From: Moniliella sp. 'wahieum' | Lineage: Eukaryota | Assembly (NCBI GenBank): GCA_003971905.1 | Contig: RSEE01000007.1 | Coordinates: forward strand, 310,001-374,000 | Reading direction: 5' to 3' | Length of the DNA stretch: 64,000 bases | In this document: one piece after another, positions 37,881 through 50,104 of the stretch | Layout: every line of letters starts with the position of its first letter | Position numbering within the stretch: the stretch's first letter is position 1 | Made by a program: the position numbers and the translations under genes | The notes under the pieces: model-generated | Seen by the model: the letters and a program-made list of their open reading frames with translations, nothing else | Database searches by the model: none | What the model was told of the DNA's origin: nothing

Positions 37881-40800
37881 ATGCTCCCCCGCCGCCCGCC
37901 CCCCCACCCCCCCCCACCCCGCGCCGCCCCCGCCTCGCGCCGAAACGAGCAGGCCTGGCTCGCCATCGCCAGCGCCGCCGACGCCATGGCCGCCTCCGCC
38001 GAGGCGCTCGATGCGTACCAGCACGCGCTCCGCCACAACCCCCCACTCGGTCCCCGCCCTCAAGGCGTCGCCGCCGTCCACCCGCCAACGACGACTACCC
38101 CCTCGCCGTCGACGCCTTCCAGCAGGCCCTCGCCCTCGCCCCGACGACGGCGAGGCCTGGGGCGCCCTGGGCCACTGCTACCTCATGCTCGACGACCTCG
38201 AAGGCCTACATGGCCTACCAGCAAGCCTCTACCACCTCCCCAACCCCAAGAGCCCCGCCTCTGGTACGGCATTGGCATCCTCTAACGACCGATACGGCAG
38301 TCTCGACCATGCCGAGGAGGCCTTTGCCTCCGTCGTCCGCATCGACCCCGACTATGACAAGGCCACGAGATCTACTCCGCCTCGGCATCATCTACAAGCA
38401 GCAGGAGAAATACGCCGCTCCAACGAGTGCTTCTCCGCTACATCCCCCCAACCACCGCCTCCCTTGACCCAGGTCGACATTTGGTTCCAAATCGGCCATG
38501 TGTGCGAGATGGACCGGCAGTTTGTGGCCGCCAAAGAGGCGTACGAGAATGTGCTGGCCAGCATCCCGACCCATGCCAAGGTGCTCCAACAGCTGGGATG
38601 GCTCTACCACCAGCCCACACGGGCTTCACCGACCAAGACCGTGCGGTGGAGCTGCTGACTGCCTCGCTCGAATCGGACGCCGACGACGCCAAGAGTTGGT
38701 ACTTCCTCGGCGCCTACATGGCCTCGAACAACTACGAAAGGCTACGAGGCCTACCAGCAAGCCGTGTACCGCAACAACAAGGATCCCGAATTTTGGTCGT
38801 CGATCGGCGCATTGTACTACACACCATCCACCAGTACCGCGACGCTCGACGCGTACTCGCGCGCCATTCGTCTCAACCCCGACCCCCAGATCTGGGTCGA
38901 CCTGGGCCACCTGTACGAGTCGTGCAGCAACCAGCGCGCCGACGCGCTCGACGCGTACATGCGCGCTCTCAACCTGGACCCCAACAACCTTATATCCAGG
39001 AACGCATTGCTGCGCTGCGGCAGGGGGAGCCGGCGGAATCCACCTCGCCCTCGGCTCGGGCCACCGGCGTCGGTGCGACTACCAGTCCCCTGCCCACGGC
39101 CTCGGCCGCTGTGACCAATGGCCTGCATGCGTCGCCTGCCTCGCCGCCCGTCGGGCGCAACGGTCCTCTGCTCCCGCCTCCTCCGCGACGCTCCAACGGC
39201 TACGCTGCCTCTACCGAGTCGGACCTACCTCCTCCGCAGCCTGCGCCCCAGCATGGACCTGCACCGCTTCCCGCCGCCCGAGCGCGAATTTCGACCGGCG
39301 TACGCGCCGTCGGGACCGCCGGGCGTGTCGGCGCTAGGCGCGCCACGGCCGGCCGATGGATCTCATCGTCTCAGCTCGCACCCCATGGGCCCGCCCCCGC
39401 CTCCGCTCCATCCGCAGCCTGCCTACCCTCCGCCATACGGCTCTCCATCTTCCTTCCCGCCGCCGCCCTACCCGCGGGCTGGGTACGATGCGCCGCCGCC
39501 GCTCGACCCGAGCCGAGCCGACTGGACCTCGTCCCCTGCTCCGCCGGGCGGAGCTCGGTCAGGCGCGATGGGCCTTGGTCGCGCTCCTTTCTTCCCGCCC
39601 CGGCCGCCGGAGACGGAACCGGTGCACGACCTCCTTCGGCCGCCGTGTCGGTCGCCGAAAGCACGGAGCGAGCAGTGGGCGGTGCGTCGTCGCCCTCGCG
39701 CGCGGGTACCGGTACCGGCGCGGGCGCCGAGACGAAAAAGGACGATAAGGACAAAAAGAAACGCACGCGCAAAAGACCCCGTCCGGCCCGGGCGCAGGCG
39801 CAGGCGCAACGGAGCTTGGTCCCGCCTCGCCGGCGGCCGGCTCGGGGCGGAAGCGCAAACCGCGCGCTTCGGCCTCGGCCTCGGCCTCCACCCGACCCCG
39901 ACCGCACCCCCCGCCGCACAGGGCAAGAAGAAGACGGCTGGGCGCAAAGTCGGCGCCTGGGCCGGCTACCAAGCCCCGCGCCGGGTCCGAGAGCGACTCG
40001 GACACCCCGCTCACGTCGACTGTGCGTACCACGGCGCGCTCGCGCGAAGATGATGGTGCAGCGGCGCTCTTGGGCCTGGCTGCTGGCGGTGCGGGTATGG
40101 GTATGGCATTAGTGGGCAATGGGGTGGCACCGCCTCCCGGCTCTGGCTCCGGGGTCGGTCCGACCTCGACCTCGGCGTCGGGTCTGCCCCCGCCCGCTTC
40201 GGGGCCGGGGAGCAAGAAACGCGGTGCGTCGGATGCGGTGGCGTCGGGGGCGAGCGTAGCGAAGAAACCGAGGTCGTCAGGGGGGTCGAAGAGCAAGCCG
40301 CGTGGGTCCAAAGCGGCTGATCTGCCGTCCGTACCCGTGGCGGGCGTACCTACCGCCTCCCCGCCCCCCAAGCCCACCCCTAAGCCGAGCAAGAAACGCG
40401 CCACACCCGTCCCCGTCCCGCGCGGCCAGACGGAAGAGTCGGATGAGCTGCGCGACTCGCCCACGTTGGACCCGGAGCCAGAGCCAAAGCCAGAGGCGGA
40501 ACGTGAGCCGGAACGCGAGCCGGAACAGCAGCCAGCGACGCCGTCGTCACTGCCGCACGGCACCGGGGCTGACGACCGCGCGAGGGACGCCAGTCCCGCA
40601 GGGGACGCTCGAGGGCCGTCTGAGACCGAGGCAGCATCTCGGGACGCGCCTCGTGCCGCTGCGCCGTCGTCGGACATGCACGAGGACAAGCGAGAGGACA
40701 AGCAAGAGGACAAGCAAGAGGACATGGACATGGACGTTGACATGGACGTTGACATGGACGTGGACGAGGACGTGGGCATGGACATGGACCCGCCCTCGCC

Positions 40801-41637
40801 GCCGCGTTCCGCCGCGCCCGTACCGGCCAGCGAGGCGCAGCCCCCGCGGTCCTCGGTGCCGTCGCCATCGACGGAAGAGGGGGGCGAGCCTTCCCACGAG
40901 CAGGAAACTGCGCGCCAGCCGGAGCAGGAACAGGAACAAAAGCAGGAGCAGGAGAAGGAACAGGAGAAGGAGCAGGGACCTGACCAGCTGTCTGAGTCCG
41001 AGCATGGCCTTCGGTCTGAGCCTCCACCTGAGTCTGAGCCTGAGCCGGAGCCGGAGCCGGAGCACGCTCCAGAGCAGAAGCTGGAGCAGGAGCCTGAACA
41101 GGTGTCTGCGCCTGAGCCTGAGCAGGACCATGAACAAGAGCCCGAGCCTGAGCCTGCACAGGAGCCTGCACAGGAGCCTGACCAGGAGCCTGAACAGGAG
41201 CCTGCACAGGAGCCTGAACAGAAGCCTGACCAGGAGCCTGACCAGGAGCCTGAACAAGAGCCTGAAGAGAAGGCCGGGACTGAGCCTGAAGCTACATCCG
41301 CGCCCGTGGAAGAACAGACGGAGCAGGAGCCAACTGAGGAAGCGCAAGTGTCTGGGCAGCCTGAACCCAAAGGGGCTCCTTGTCTGAGACGGCAGCCAGT
41401 CCCTCTCCCGCCGCCGGGGCTGGGTCGTCGAGCGACACCCCTGACTCGCCCAAGCCGAATGGCAAAGCGCACGTTGCAACGCGCGCCCGCTCCCGCTCGC
41501 CCGTCCCGATCGAAACGGAGCCCAAAACGTTGGACCTGCCCCCGCCAGGTTCGGTGACTGCGTCTGACGGGATGGAGATGGCCGAGTCCGAGCCGGAAGA
41601 AGGAGAGGCAGAGGAAGGGGAATTGCTCGATTCCTAG
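37881..41637 (+). CDS. SSN6: General transcriptional corepressor Ssn6/Cyc8 (TPR) with long Pro-rich and acidic repeat tail
   Basis: NEQAWLAIA..YQHALRHNP, WGALGHCYLMLDDL, LWYGIGIL..DRYGSLDHAEEAF, DIWFQIGHV..HAKVLQQLGWLYHQ, FWSSIGALYY, LDAYSRAIRLNP, WVDLGHLYESCSNQ. Many indels. Confidence 0.93.
40916..41295 (+). repeat. Coding 12-bp tandem repeats (CAGGAGCCTGAA-like; QEPE/QEPA/QEPD)
   Basis: Seen directly in the Ssn6 3' region. Confidence 0.9.
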
Positions 41638-42169
41638 GCTGGCCGCTTTTTATTGCTGTGGGAGACGATGCTTGCCCCTCTCGCACTTGCTGGTTATCAC
41701 CCACTTAACCCACTTCCCTTTGTAAAGGTGTCCCCTCCTGTTTTGGTCCCGGTCGCACTGGCCTGCTCCTGTATCCTTGTTGTGAACATGATCTTCTCTG
41801 CCCTTCCCTTGCGTATGTGGAACTTGTATAGCCTAATGATTAGTCCTGCCTCTTTCCCCCCCTCCCCCCTCCCCCCTCCCCCACTTGCCCAGTCGTTGTT
41901 GGCTTGATGCTGCTGGTTCCCTTAATGCTAAGATTGCGACGATACGGTTCGGTGTTATCTACTGCCCTCTCTCGCCTGTCTACCACGTCTGTTGTAGATG
42001 GAGCCGCCAGCTCAGAACCGAGACAGACAAATAGGAGAAGAACGTCAACAACGAAAGCAGCTGTCACATTACCAATGGCTCCCCCGCTCGGGCTTGGCCA
42101 GATGTGAATAAAGTAAGTGGATAGAATAGCGTGAAGCAGTTGAACCAACAGTGCCGCCGTTCCCAAGCC

Positions 42170-43129
42170 TTACTCGACCTGCACCGTCTTTTTGTGAATC
42201 TCGACGCCCTTGGGTGCGTTGAGCAAGGCTGTGGTTTGCTGGAACAGCAAGAACTGGCCCGAGACGAGGCAGACGGTCATCACTGTACGTGCGCCCAGCC
42301 CGGCCCAGATACCAATCGGGCCAGTCTGCTTGGCCAGCACAAACAGACGTTTCAGTGCCGAGCCCGATCCGCCGCCGCCCTGGTTGATCTTGGACAAGAG
42401 CGTGTCGGCCGGATGGGAGAGCACGGCAGCCGCGATACCGGCCACGATACCACAGCCGAGTTGGATCGTCACCTGGCCCGCCTTGCCGCTCTTCTCGAGC
42501 TTGTCGAGCGAGGGCGTGTTCTTGACAATCTCGTGCGCCTGCTCGTTGACGGCAAACTGGCCAATCGCATAGGGAACTTGCTTGAACAGGATGGGCGTGT
42601 AGCCAGCGTAAAAGCCTCGGAACCCTTCTTCTTTGCCCATGCGCGTAATCGCGCCGACCAGGCCCGACGCATACGAAGGGTTGCTCACCAGCCGGATCCG
42701 CGCCGCTTCCAGCGGGGTCAGGGCAGTGGTCGCAATCACCTCAGCCGCCGAAGCGCCCAAGACGTGGATGGCGGTGCGGTACTCCTCGGCCTCTTTCAGC
42801 CCGCCGGCCAAAACAACGCCCAGGCGCTTAAAGTACTCGAAACCGGCAAACTTGAGCCCGCCTTGGACCATGTACCCGACGGCGGTGGGGCCAAAGCCAG
42901 TCAGAAGGCCGTGCGGGCCCTCGGTGGAAACAATGTGCTTCAGCATCTTGCCCATCGAGTTGTACGCCGATCCCTTGGGCTCGAGCTGGATGCGCGTCTT
43001 GATCACATCGACAGGAGTCATGCCACCGTGGGTCAGGGCGCAGGCAATGGCGCCCGCGGCGCCAAAGCGGGCGTAGCCGAGGGGCGAGATGTAGGGGATG
43101 GACTTGGCATCGTCGGTGGAGGCGGACAT
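42170..43129 (-). CDS. MIR1: Mitochondrial phosphate carrier
   Basis: Uninterrupted ORF with THGGMTPVDVIKTRIQ, GFGPTAVGYMVQGGLKFAGFEYFK, LTPLEAARIRLVS, PILFKQVPY and LSHPADTLLSKIN. Confidence 0.95.
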   Translation of the reverse strand: MSASTDDAKSIPYISPLGYARFGAAGAIACALTHGGMTPVDVIKTRIQLEPKGSAYNSMGKMLKHIVSTEGPHGLLTGFGPTAVGYMVQGGLKFAGFEYFKRLGVVLAGGLKEAEEYRTAIHVLGASAAEVIATTALTPLEAARIRLVSNPSYASGLVGAITRMGKEEGFRGFYAGYTPILFKQVPYAIGQFAVNEQAHEIVKNTPSLDKLEKSGKAGQVTIQLGCGIVAGIAAAVLSHPADTLLSKINQGGGGSGSALKRLFVLAKQTGPIGIWAGLGARTVMTVCLVSGQFLLFQQTTALLNAPKGVEIHKKTVQVE

Positions 43130-44168
43130 GGTGGTGGTGGGGAGAGAAGGGAGGGAGGGGAGGGGGCGGGAGGGAGGCAAGAGGCAAGGCACCAAGCAAT
43201 CAGTACAGCACGCAGTAAGAGGAGCTAGTAATCACCAATCACTAGTCACTGGCGCTCATAATCAGGGCTGGATATTGGATCGAGCAGAGCAGTGCACGGC
43301 CTGCGGCCATGCAGCCTGCGGCAGCGGCCACTAACTCAGCGTTGGTCAGCGGCTGAGCGCAGCGGGGCGGCGCTCAGCCGCCGCGCACTGGCCCAGTGTG
43401 TGCGCACGCGGTACTCAGCGCTGAGCTGAGCTCAGCACTCGGGCTGAGTCCGCTTGGGGCCCAGGATTCGCACTGTGACGTCACAGTGCATATTCACGCT
43501 GGCCCCGTGCGACGCGCACGGATGCACACCGAACTGGTGTAGACAGGGTCGGCCAGTGCGCCAACCACGCCTATCAACGATCGACTGCCGACGGCCAGCT
43601 GGGATGCTGGCCACCACCGCCGGCCGGCCGGGGCCCGTGTTGGCATGCCTGGGTCTCGCCCCTCGACCCCCCGCCCTTCCACGCCTCCCTCCACGCCTCC
43701 AGCCGCCCCCCGTGGGGGCGCAGCAGAGCAGGATCGCTCAGTATTCCGTCATCGTCATCCCAGTGTCCATGACAAACGACGGATTGGATGTTGAACTTTG
43801 AATGGACTCTCTCTGCATATTAGTAGCCGTCCCGCCGCGCCATGTCGCGTTTCGCGTTACTTATTGATCCTCGCGATTCCTTCGACATCCATCGACCATC
43901 CTCAACACACCCTTCCACTTGGAACACCTACGTCTCACCTTCAACGCGTAAGAACACTATACACTACTACCGGTGCTTCAAGCTTCGCCACACCTCTTTT
44001 GCAGTCTGGCACTCCATATCAAGCCTCACCTCACCACTAAGATCCGCTCCGCACACGAAAGAGAAATGCAGGACGTGACAACGTGATACAAATAAACACA
44101 GGCACCAAGAGAAAGAGAAAGTCCCAAGCGCAGCCTGGGCCTCAAACCGAGAGGAGTTGATACCATAC

Positions 44169-45455
44169 TCAAGAGAACTTCCACCTACAGGAGAATCAAG
44201 GAAGAAGCAGGGTGCACACGCAGGGAAATGCCACAAGGTCGGTCAGTATCTCTCGCAAGGAAACCGGGAAAAAGGACAGGAACGTAGCGTACCGGAAGTT
44301 GCAGTTGGTGCATGTGCAGAACACTCAACAAGGGCACACGTCAGCATCGTCATCGCACAACCAACCCGAGGAAAGAGAGAGGGCGTACCGGTCATGGGCT
44401 CGTCAGCACTTCGTGTTTGCTTCTCAAAGTAGCGCACCTTGCGCTGGTGGCAGCGAGAGCACTCGAACATATCCGTCTCGGCCTCCTGGGGCTCCGCAGC
44501 CCGGGCATTGAACAAGTTCTGCGCCTGAAGCCGCTGACGCTCGGCCTTGCGCGCGTCCGAGGCCATCGCAGCCGGTGACATTGTCACGAGCGCGGCAGGA
44601 TCGATTTGTCCATCCAGCACACCCTGGCGCAAAGCAGGGTTGTTCTTGTCCTTGAGGTTGAGCGAAAGGGACCGCACCTTGGTTCTGTACTCCCCATTCG
44701 TCTCTCCATGGCCGCATTTGGTGAAGACGGCCTTTTCAATCTCCAGTGCCCTCTCGTAGGCAACAACCTTGTCTGGAGAGCGGCAATCAATAATCGATCA
44801 TCCTCGTCAGTTTCTTTGCCACACTCGAGATGGGGAGCACAACATACCTTCCTTCAAGTCAACCTCGAGACCTTGAAACAAGAGCTTGAGGCACGCGTTC
44901 CTCACGCGGTCTCCAAGCACATCAAAGTCAATTTTCGTTGTGCTCCGAGCAGCAACAGGTTTGGACGTTGGAGCAGAAGGAGCAGGTGTGGCTGCTTCGA
45001 CTGGCGAAGCGGCTGTGGGGGCAGGTGATGGCTTGGAGGGCGAAGCGGACAAAGAAGGAGATCCCAATTTGGACTGATCTGTCTTGGAAGAGGTAGATGC
45101 TGCCCGCACATTGACCGAATCAGTATCAACGCAACAGACAGAGCAGGCCGGATAGATCGCTCGACGTACGCTTAGTTTCGTGCTTTTTCTTACCTTCTTT
45201 GGCCTTGTCAGCTTCCACCTTGTTACGCCACTTTTTGACAATAGCCTTGGCCAGATCGGAAATATGGGGCTCAGCAGACTTGCGCAGCGTGCCGATGGTC
45301 TTGCCCAACTTGGTGGAACGGATCTGGTCCTCGGTCGGCTCGGCATGGTCACGCAGGCGCTTGAGCAGCGCCTCTACGTCCTTCCACGCACCGGCGCTCA
45401 CACTCTTGCTCAGAGCGCTGGCGCTCTCGCGCATCTCCTCAAACGATAGCGGCAT
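44169..45455 (-). CDS. DST1: Transcription elongation factor TFIIS
   Basis: N-terminal domain LLKRL..RSTKLGKTIGTLRK..AKAIVKKW; central RSLSLNLKDKNNPALR; Zn ribbon AETDMFECSRCHQRKVRYFEKQTRSADEPMT|VFCTCTNCNFR|WKFS*. Several introns. Confidence 0.93.
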
Positions 45456-45720
45456 GGCAGGCGAGGTAGCAGGCCAAGGCACTGCCAACGCGGTGGTGAT
45501 GCAAACGAGGTCGCGTACCAACCAGGGCGGGACGACCTGAGACGACTTGGGCCAACGCGACCTGCGCAGGCCATTTTCTGGCTCGCCGCCCAATTCCGCT
45601 CCATGTGGTCCGCATTCCGCGCCGCCTGATCCTTCTTGGGCTTGGCCCCACAAGGCGGACGGCCGCCCGATTCGCTCCGCACCCCATCCCCCCCTTCGCT
45701 GGCGCGTGCGGTGCTCTGCC

Positions 45721-46188
45721 ATGCTGGCCCCCATTGCTGAGTTTGTCTTGCGCATTCAGAATGGTGCGCGGCGCGGTCCGCACGCTGCCCGTTGCTGCCA
45801 CCCACGACAACTTGGGCATGGCCATGGTGTTGCTCAACCAAGGCTTCCTCTCCAACATCTCTCGCGGCACCAACCAGGTCCCGCACAGCCCAACCGCCTG
45901 GATCCATGCGCCATCCCATGGCGACCGCAGGTTTTGGATCGACCTCAAGTACCGTGCGGATGACCGCGCCGTGCTCGAGTATTTCAAGATGGTTTCCAAG
46001 CCGGCAGGAAACTTATTTTTGAGCGGGACGAGTTGATGAAGCTGGCTACGGGGCGGCGCGCCAAGTATATGCCTCCGCTCCGCCTTGGTGAGGTTGGCAT
46101 TATCAACACGGGGCCAAGAGGGTTTATGGAGATCAAGGACGCTGTGCGCGTTGGCTGCGGCGGTGAGTTGGTGGCCAAGGCCATGTAA
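45721..46188 (+). CDS. MRPS8: Mitochondrial ribosomal protein uS8m
   Basis: RIQNG..NLGMAMVLLNQGFLSNISRG..RRFWIDLKYR..VSKP.RKL..LGEVGIINTG.GFMEIKDAVRVGCGGELV. Divergent from TFIIS across 265 bp. Confidence 0.88.
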
Positions 46189-46290
46189 CTATATGTCTCG
46201 GTTCCCATCCTTCCTTGGTCCAGGCTGGATTGTGCTTCATCCATCATCATCTCTGCTCACTTCTACTTTCCGGTTCCCTTGGGCTGTTGT

Positions 46291-46321
<31 letters not shown>
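46291..46321. repeat. Poly-G tract (31 nt)
   Basis: Seen directly. Homopolymer length may be unreliable in this consensus. Confidence 0.85.
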
Positions 46322-46323
<2 letters not shown>

Positions 46324-46911
46324 TAGACCGCATGGCCATTGCGTACGCTTTCTCTTCAGGGGAGCGGACATGTTAGCTATGGGTGAGTTGTCACCCCGTT
46401 CACCAGGTTCTTTGCCTCAATATCGTTACTGACCTCCTATACCTGGACGCGGGTAGCCGCTCCGTGCCACTTGTTCATGAGCGTGATGCATAACAAGATA
46501 TGGGATTTCTGTATTGAAGCTGTCCAACCTCCGGATGGTGAAAATGGTGGCCTCCCAGGCCCTGGCCCAACGCCTTGATCATGCTTTCTACTACACTGCG
46601 TACTCTCCCCTAAATGATACACCTTCACCTCTGTGCTTCGTTTGATACGGGCGCACGTTCGATGAGCAGTTTCCTTAAGAGATGCCAGCGAGCCCCGGGT
46701 AGCGAACGAAGTAACACAAGCGGCGGCCACACTTATTAAATCGTCAGCTCCAACAGACAGGCGAGCGGACAAGCGGATCAATTTAAACGGTTAAGCCAGC
46801 GCAATTCCGCCAACGAGCGGAACATGGACAGAGAGGCCGCTCCAATAGCTGGCCAATCGACAGCCAGGTGTATTAGCTGCCTCCATCTCCCCGACGCTCA
46901 CGTTAGTGGCC

Positions 46912-48329
46912 ATGTCCGCTCACCCACCTACCAATGCGGCTCCACCACAGCCGTCACTGAGCGCCTGGCCGACTCGAGTGCCAAGCGCGCCCGCATATTG
47001 TTCTCTGCGTCCGTGTCGGCGGGGCCTTCGGCCGAAGAAGGTGCCGTGCGAGCCCAGCTGGGCAGCAAAATTGGTTCCGAGTGGGCGTGGGCGCAAACAC
47101 TCCCTCCCGCTCTGTTGGCCCAGCAGGCCGCCGCAGGACGCGGCCCCGAGTCCAACAACAAGAAGCGCAAGGCGTCCTCCTCGGATAATACTTCTGCCCT
47201 TTCGCAGCCCACTTCGGATGCGTTGATCGCACCCTCCGCCCCACCTCCCTCGGACGCACTTGTTGCCTTCCGCAGCGAAGAGAGGTTGGCTAGCAGCAGT
47301 GGCACGCGCTTGTCCACTGCCCTGGTGCGCAAAAAGGAGCTCGAGGCGCGACACGATCAGCCTGCCTTCCACCCCGACTGGAGGCTGATGCGCGTCCTCT
47401 CTGGCCACAACGGCTGGGTACGTGCGGTGGCGGTGGAACCCAACAACCAATGGTTTGCTACGGGCGCAGGTGACCAAATGATCAAAGTGTGTACCTGCCT
47501 CTCCTCCCTCTGAACGACCATACTGACATGCTGAACCAGATTTGGGACTTGGCCTCGGGCGAGCTCAAATTGAGTCTGACAGGCCACAAGGCGACGGTAC
47601 GTGGATTGGCCATCAGCTCGCGGCATCCTTATCTCTTTTCAGCTGGAGAGGACAAGGAGGTGAAGTGCTGGGATTGGAGACGAACAAGGTAATTCGCAAG
47701 TACACGGGCCATCGCAGTGGGATCTACTGTCTTTCTCTCCATCCGACGCTGGACGTCCTTGTAAGTGGTGGCCGAGACAGTGTGGCGCGGGTATGGGACA
47801 TGCGCACCCGTTCCGAATCCATGTACTTCGTGGGCACACCCATGCGGTGACAAGTACCGTGTGTCAAGAGGCGGATCCGCAAGTGATCACTGGTTGGTGG
47901 ACCAGACAGTGCGCCTTTGGGACTTGGCGGCGGGCAAGACGTTCAAGACATTGACGCAACACCACAAGTCGGTTCGAGCCTTGGCATTACACCCTACCAG
48001 TTCTCCTTTGCTTCCGGGTCCGCCATGGGAAGCAACATCAGACATGGCAATGTCCCGAGGGAACTTCCTTAACTCTGTGGCTCATGGCGCCATTGTCAAC
48101 AACTTGCGTGCAATGCCGATGGCGTTTTGTTTGCCGGAGGCGACAATGGGCAGCTCAAGTTTTACGATTATGATACGGGGACTCCCTTTCAAGCGTTGAT
48201 GATGTTCCGCAACCTGGCTCGCTCGATGCCGAGGCTGGTGTCTTTTGTTCCACGTTTGACCAATCAGGCACGCGGCTCATCACCGGCGGGGCAGACAAGA
48301 CCATCAAGGTGTATCGTGAGGTCGCTTAA
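46912..48329 (+). CDS. PRP46: Pre-mRNA splicing factor Prp46/PLRG1 (WD40)
   Basis: [104 protein letters not shown]. Intron at about 47487-47539. Confidence 0.95.
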
Positions 48330-48690
48330 CTGGTTTTTTCTCCCATTCTGTGTAAGAAACAGTAGAAAGACAGACTGTTGGGCCCGCTGTCCTGCACGTA
48401 GGCCAAGGCGCCCTATCACCCCTTTGTCCCTTTTTTGACCTCCGATGCCTCCACCTGCATGCTGCTGTTGGAAGCCCTGTCTTCGATTGGATCGCTCTAC
48501 ATCTGCAGAAAACCTCCACCCCACTCCCTTGGATTCCTCTGGACTCCCGCAGACTAGCAACAAGTATTGAGGGGAAAGGAGGGAGACGTTGAGTGAGCCA
48601 AAAGATAAAGACATGCAGGAAAACGAGGTGGGAATCTAGAGGGGTTGTCGCTTCCTACTGCGACCAACTGGGATGGCAGGTGAGGGGGGT

Positions 48691-50104
48691 CTATTCCTCC
48701 TGAGGCTCGGCCTCGTATTCACCTTCCTCCTCCAAGTACTCGTCCTCATCGTCAATGCCAGCCTCAGCGTATGTTGGTACTCAGACACGAGGTCTTGCAG
48801 GTTCGACTCGGCTTCCGTAAACTCGAGCTCATCCATGCCCTCGGAGGTGTACCAGTGGAGGAAGGCCTTGCGGCGGAACATGGCGGAGAACTGCTCGGAC
48901 ACGCGCTTAAACAAGTCTTGAATCGCCGTCGAGTTTCCAATGAATGTGACTGCCATCTTCATTCCGTGAGGAGCAATGTCGCAGTGCGCGGTCTGAACAT
49001 TGTTGGGAATCCACTCGACAAAGTAGGAGGCATTCTTGGCTTGAGTCGCCTGCATCTGGTCCTCCACCTCCTTCATCGAGACAGCACCGCGGAAGTAGGC
49101 AGCGACAGTCAGGTACCGGCCGTGACGCGGATCGGCAGCAGCCATCATGTTCTTGCTCTCAAACATTTGCTGCGTCAGCTCGGGCACGGTGACGGCACGG
49201 TACTGTTGGCTGCCGCGTGCGGTAAGCGGGGCAAAGCCGACCATAAAGAAATGGAGACGAGGGAAGGGGACCATGTTGACAGCGAGCTTGCGCAGGTCCG
49301 AGTTGAGCTGCCCAGGGAAACGGAGACAGGTAGTGATACCCGACATGACAAGAGAAACGAGGTGGTTCAGGTCATCGTATCCGGGCGCCTTGAGCTTGAG
49401 GGTGCGGAAGCAAATGTCGTACAAGGCTTCATTGTCAATGCAGAACGACTCGTCTGCGTTCTCAACGAGCTGATGGATCGAGAGGGTAGCGTTGTATGGC
49501 TCGACAACCGTGTCCGACACCTTGGGCGAAGGAAGGACGGAGAAGGTGGCCATCATACGGTCCGGGAACTCCTCCCGGATTTTGGAGATGAGGAGGGTAC
49601 CCATTCCGGCACCGGTACCACCACCCAGGGAGTGGGTGATCTGGAAGCCCTGCAACATGTCGCACCCTTCCGCCTCTTTGCACCACGTCAAGCACCGAGT
49701 CGACAAGCTCAGCTCCCTCCGTGTAATGGCCCTTGGCCCAGTTGTTGCCTGCACCCGACTGACCAAAGACAAAGTTGTCCGGGCGGAACAGGCCGCCCAT
49801 CGAGCCGGACCGGATGGAGTCCATGGTGCCAGGTTCGAGGTCGACGAGCACGGCACGGGGGACAAAGCGAGAATTGCTTGCCTCGTTGCTGGAGAGATGG
49901 GAAGCGGTGAGCAGGGGACGCCGAGGGAAGCGGAGGGGCGGGGGGGGGCGTACTAGTAAACATCGATGCGCTCCAGCTGAAGGTCCGAGTTGCCGACGTA
50001 GGCACCGGTACCATCGATGCCGTGCTCATCCGAGAGGACCTCCAGAACTTGGTGCCAATCTGGTTGCCGCACTGGCCGGTCTGCAGGTGAACGATCTCGC
50101 GCAT
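48691..50104 (-). CDS. TUB2: Beta-tubulin
   Basis: [49 protein letters not shown], acidic tail [13 protein letters not shown]. One intron at about 49890-49953. Confidence 0.98.

Noticed and set aside
41840..42166. Hydrophobic 108-aa ORF downstream of MIR1
   Set aside because: It has a non-ATG start, lies in the probable convergent 3'UTR zone and matches no family.
49440..49550. Benzimidazole-resistance alleles in beta-tubulin
   Set aside because: The F167, E198 and F200 equivalents appear wild type (MATFSV, NADESFC).
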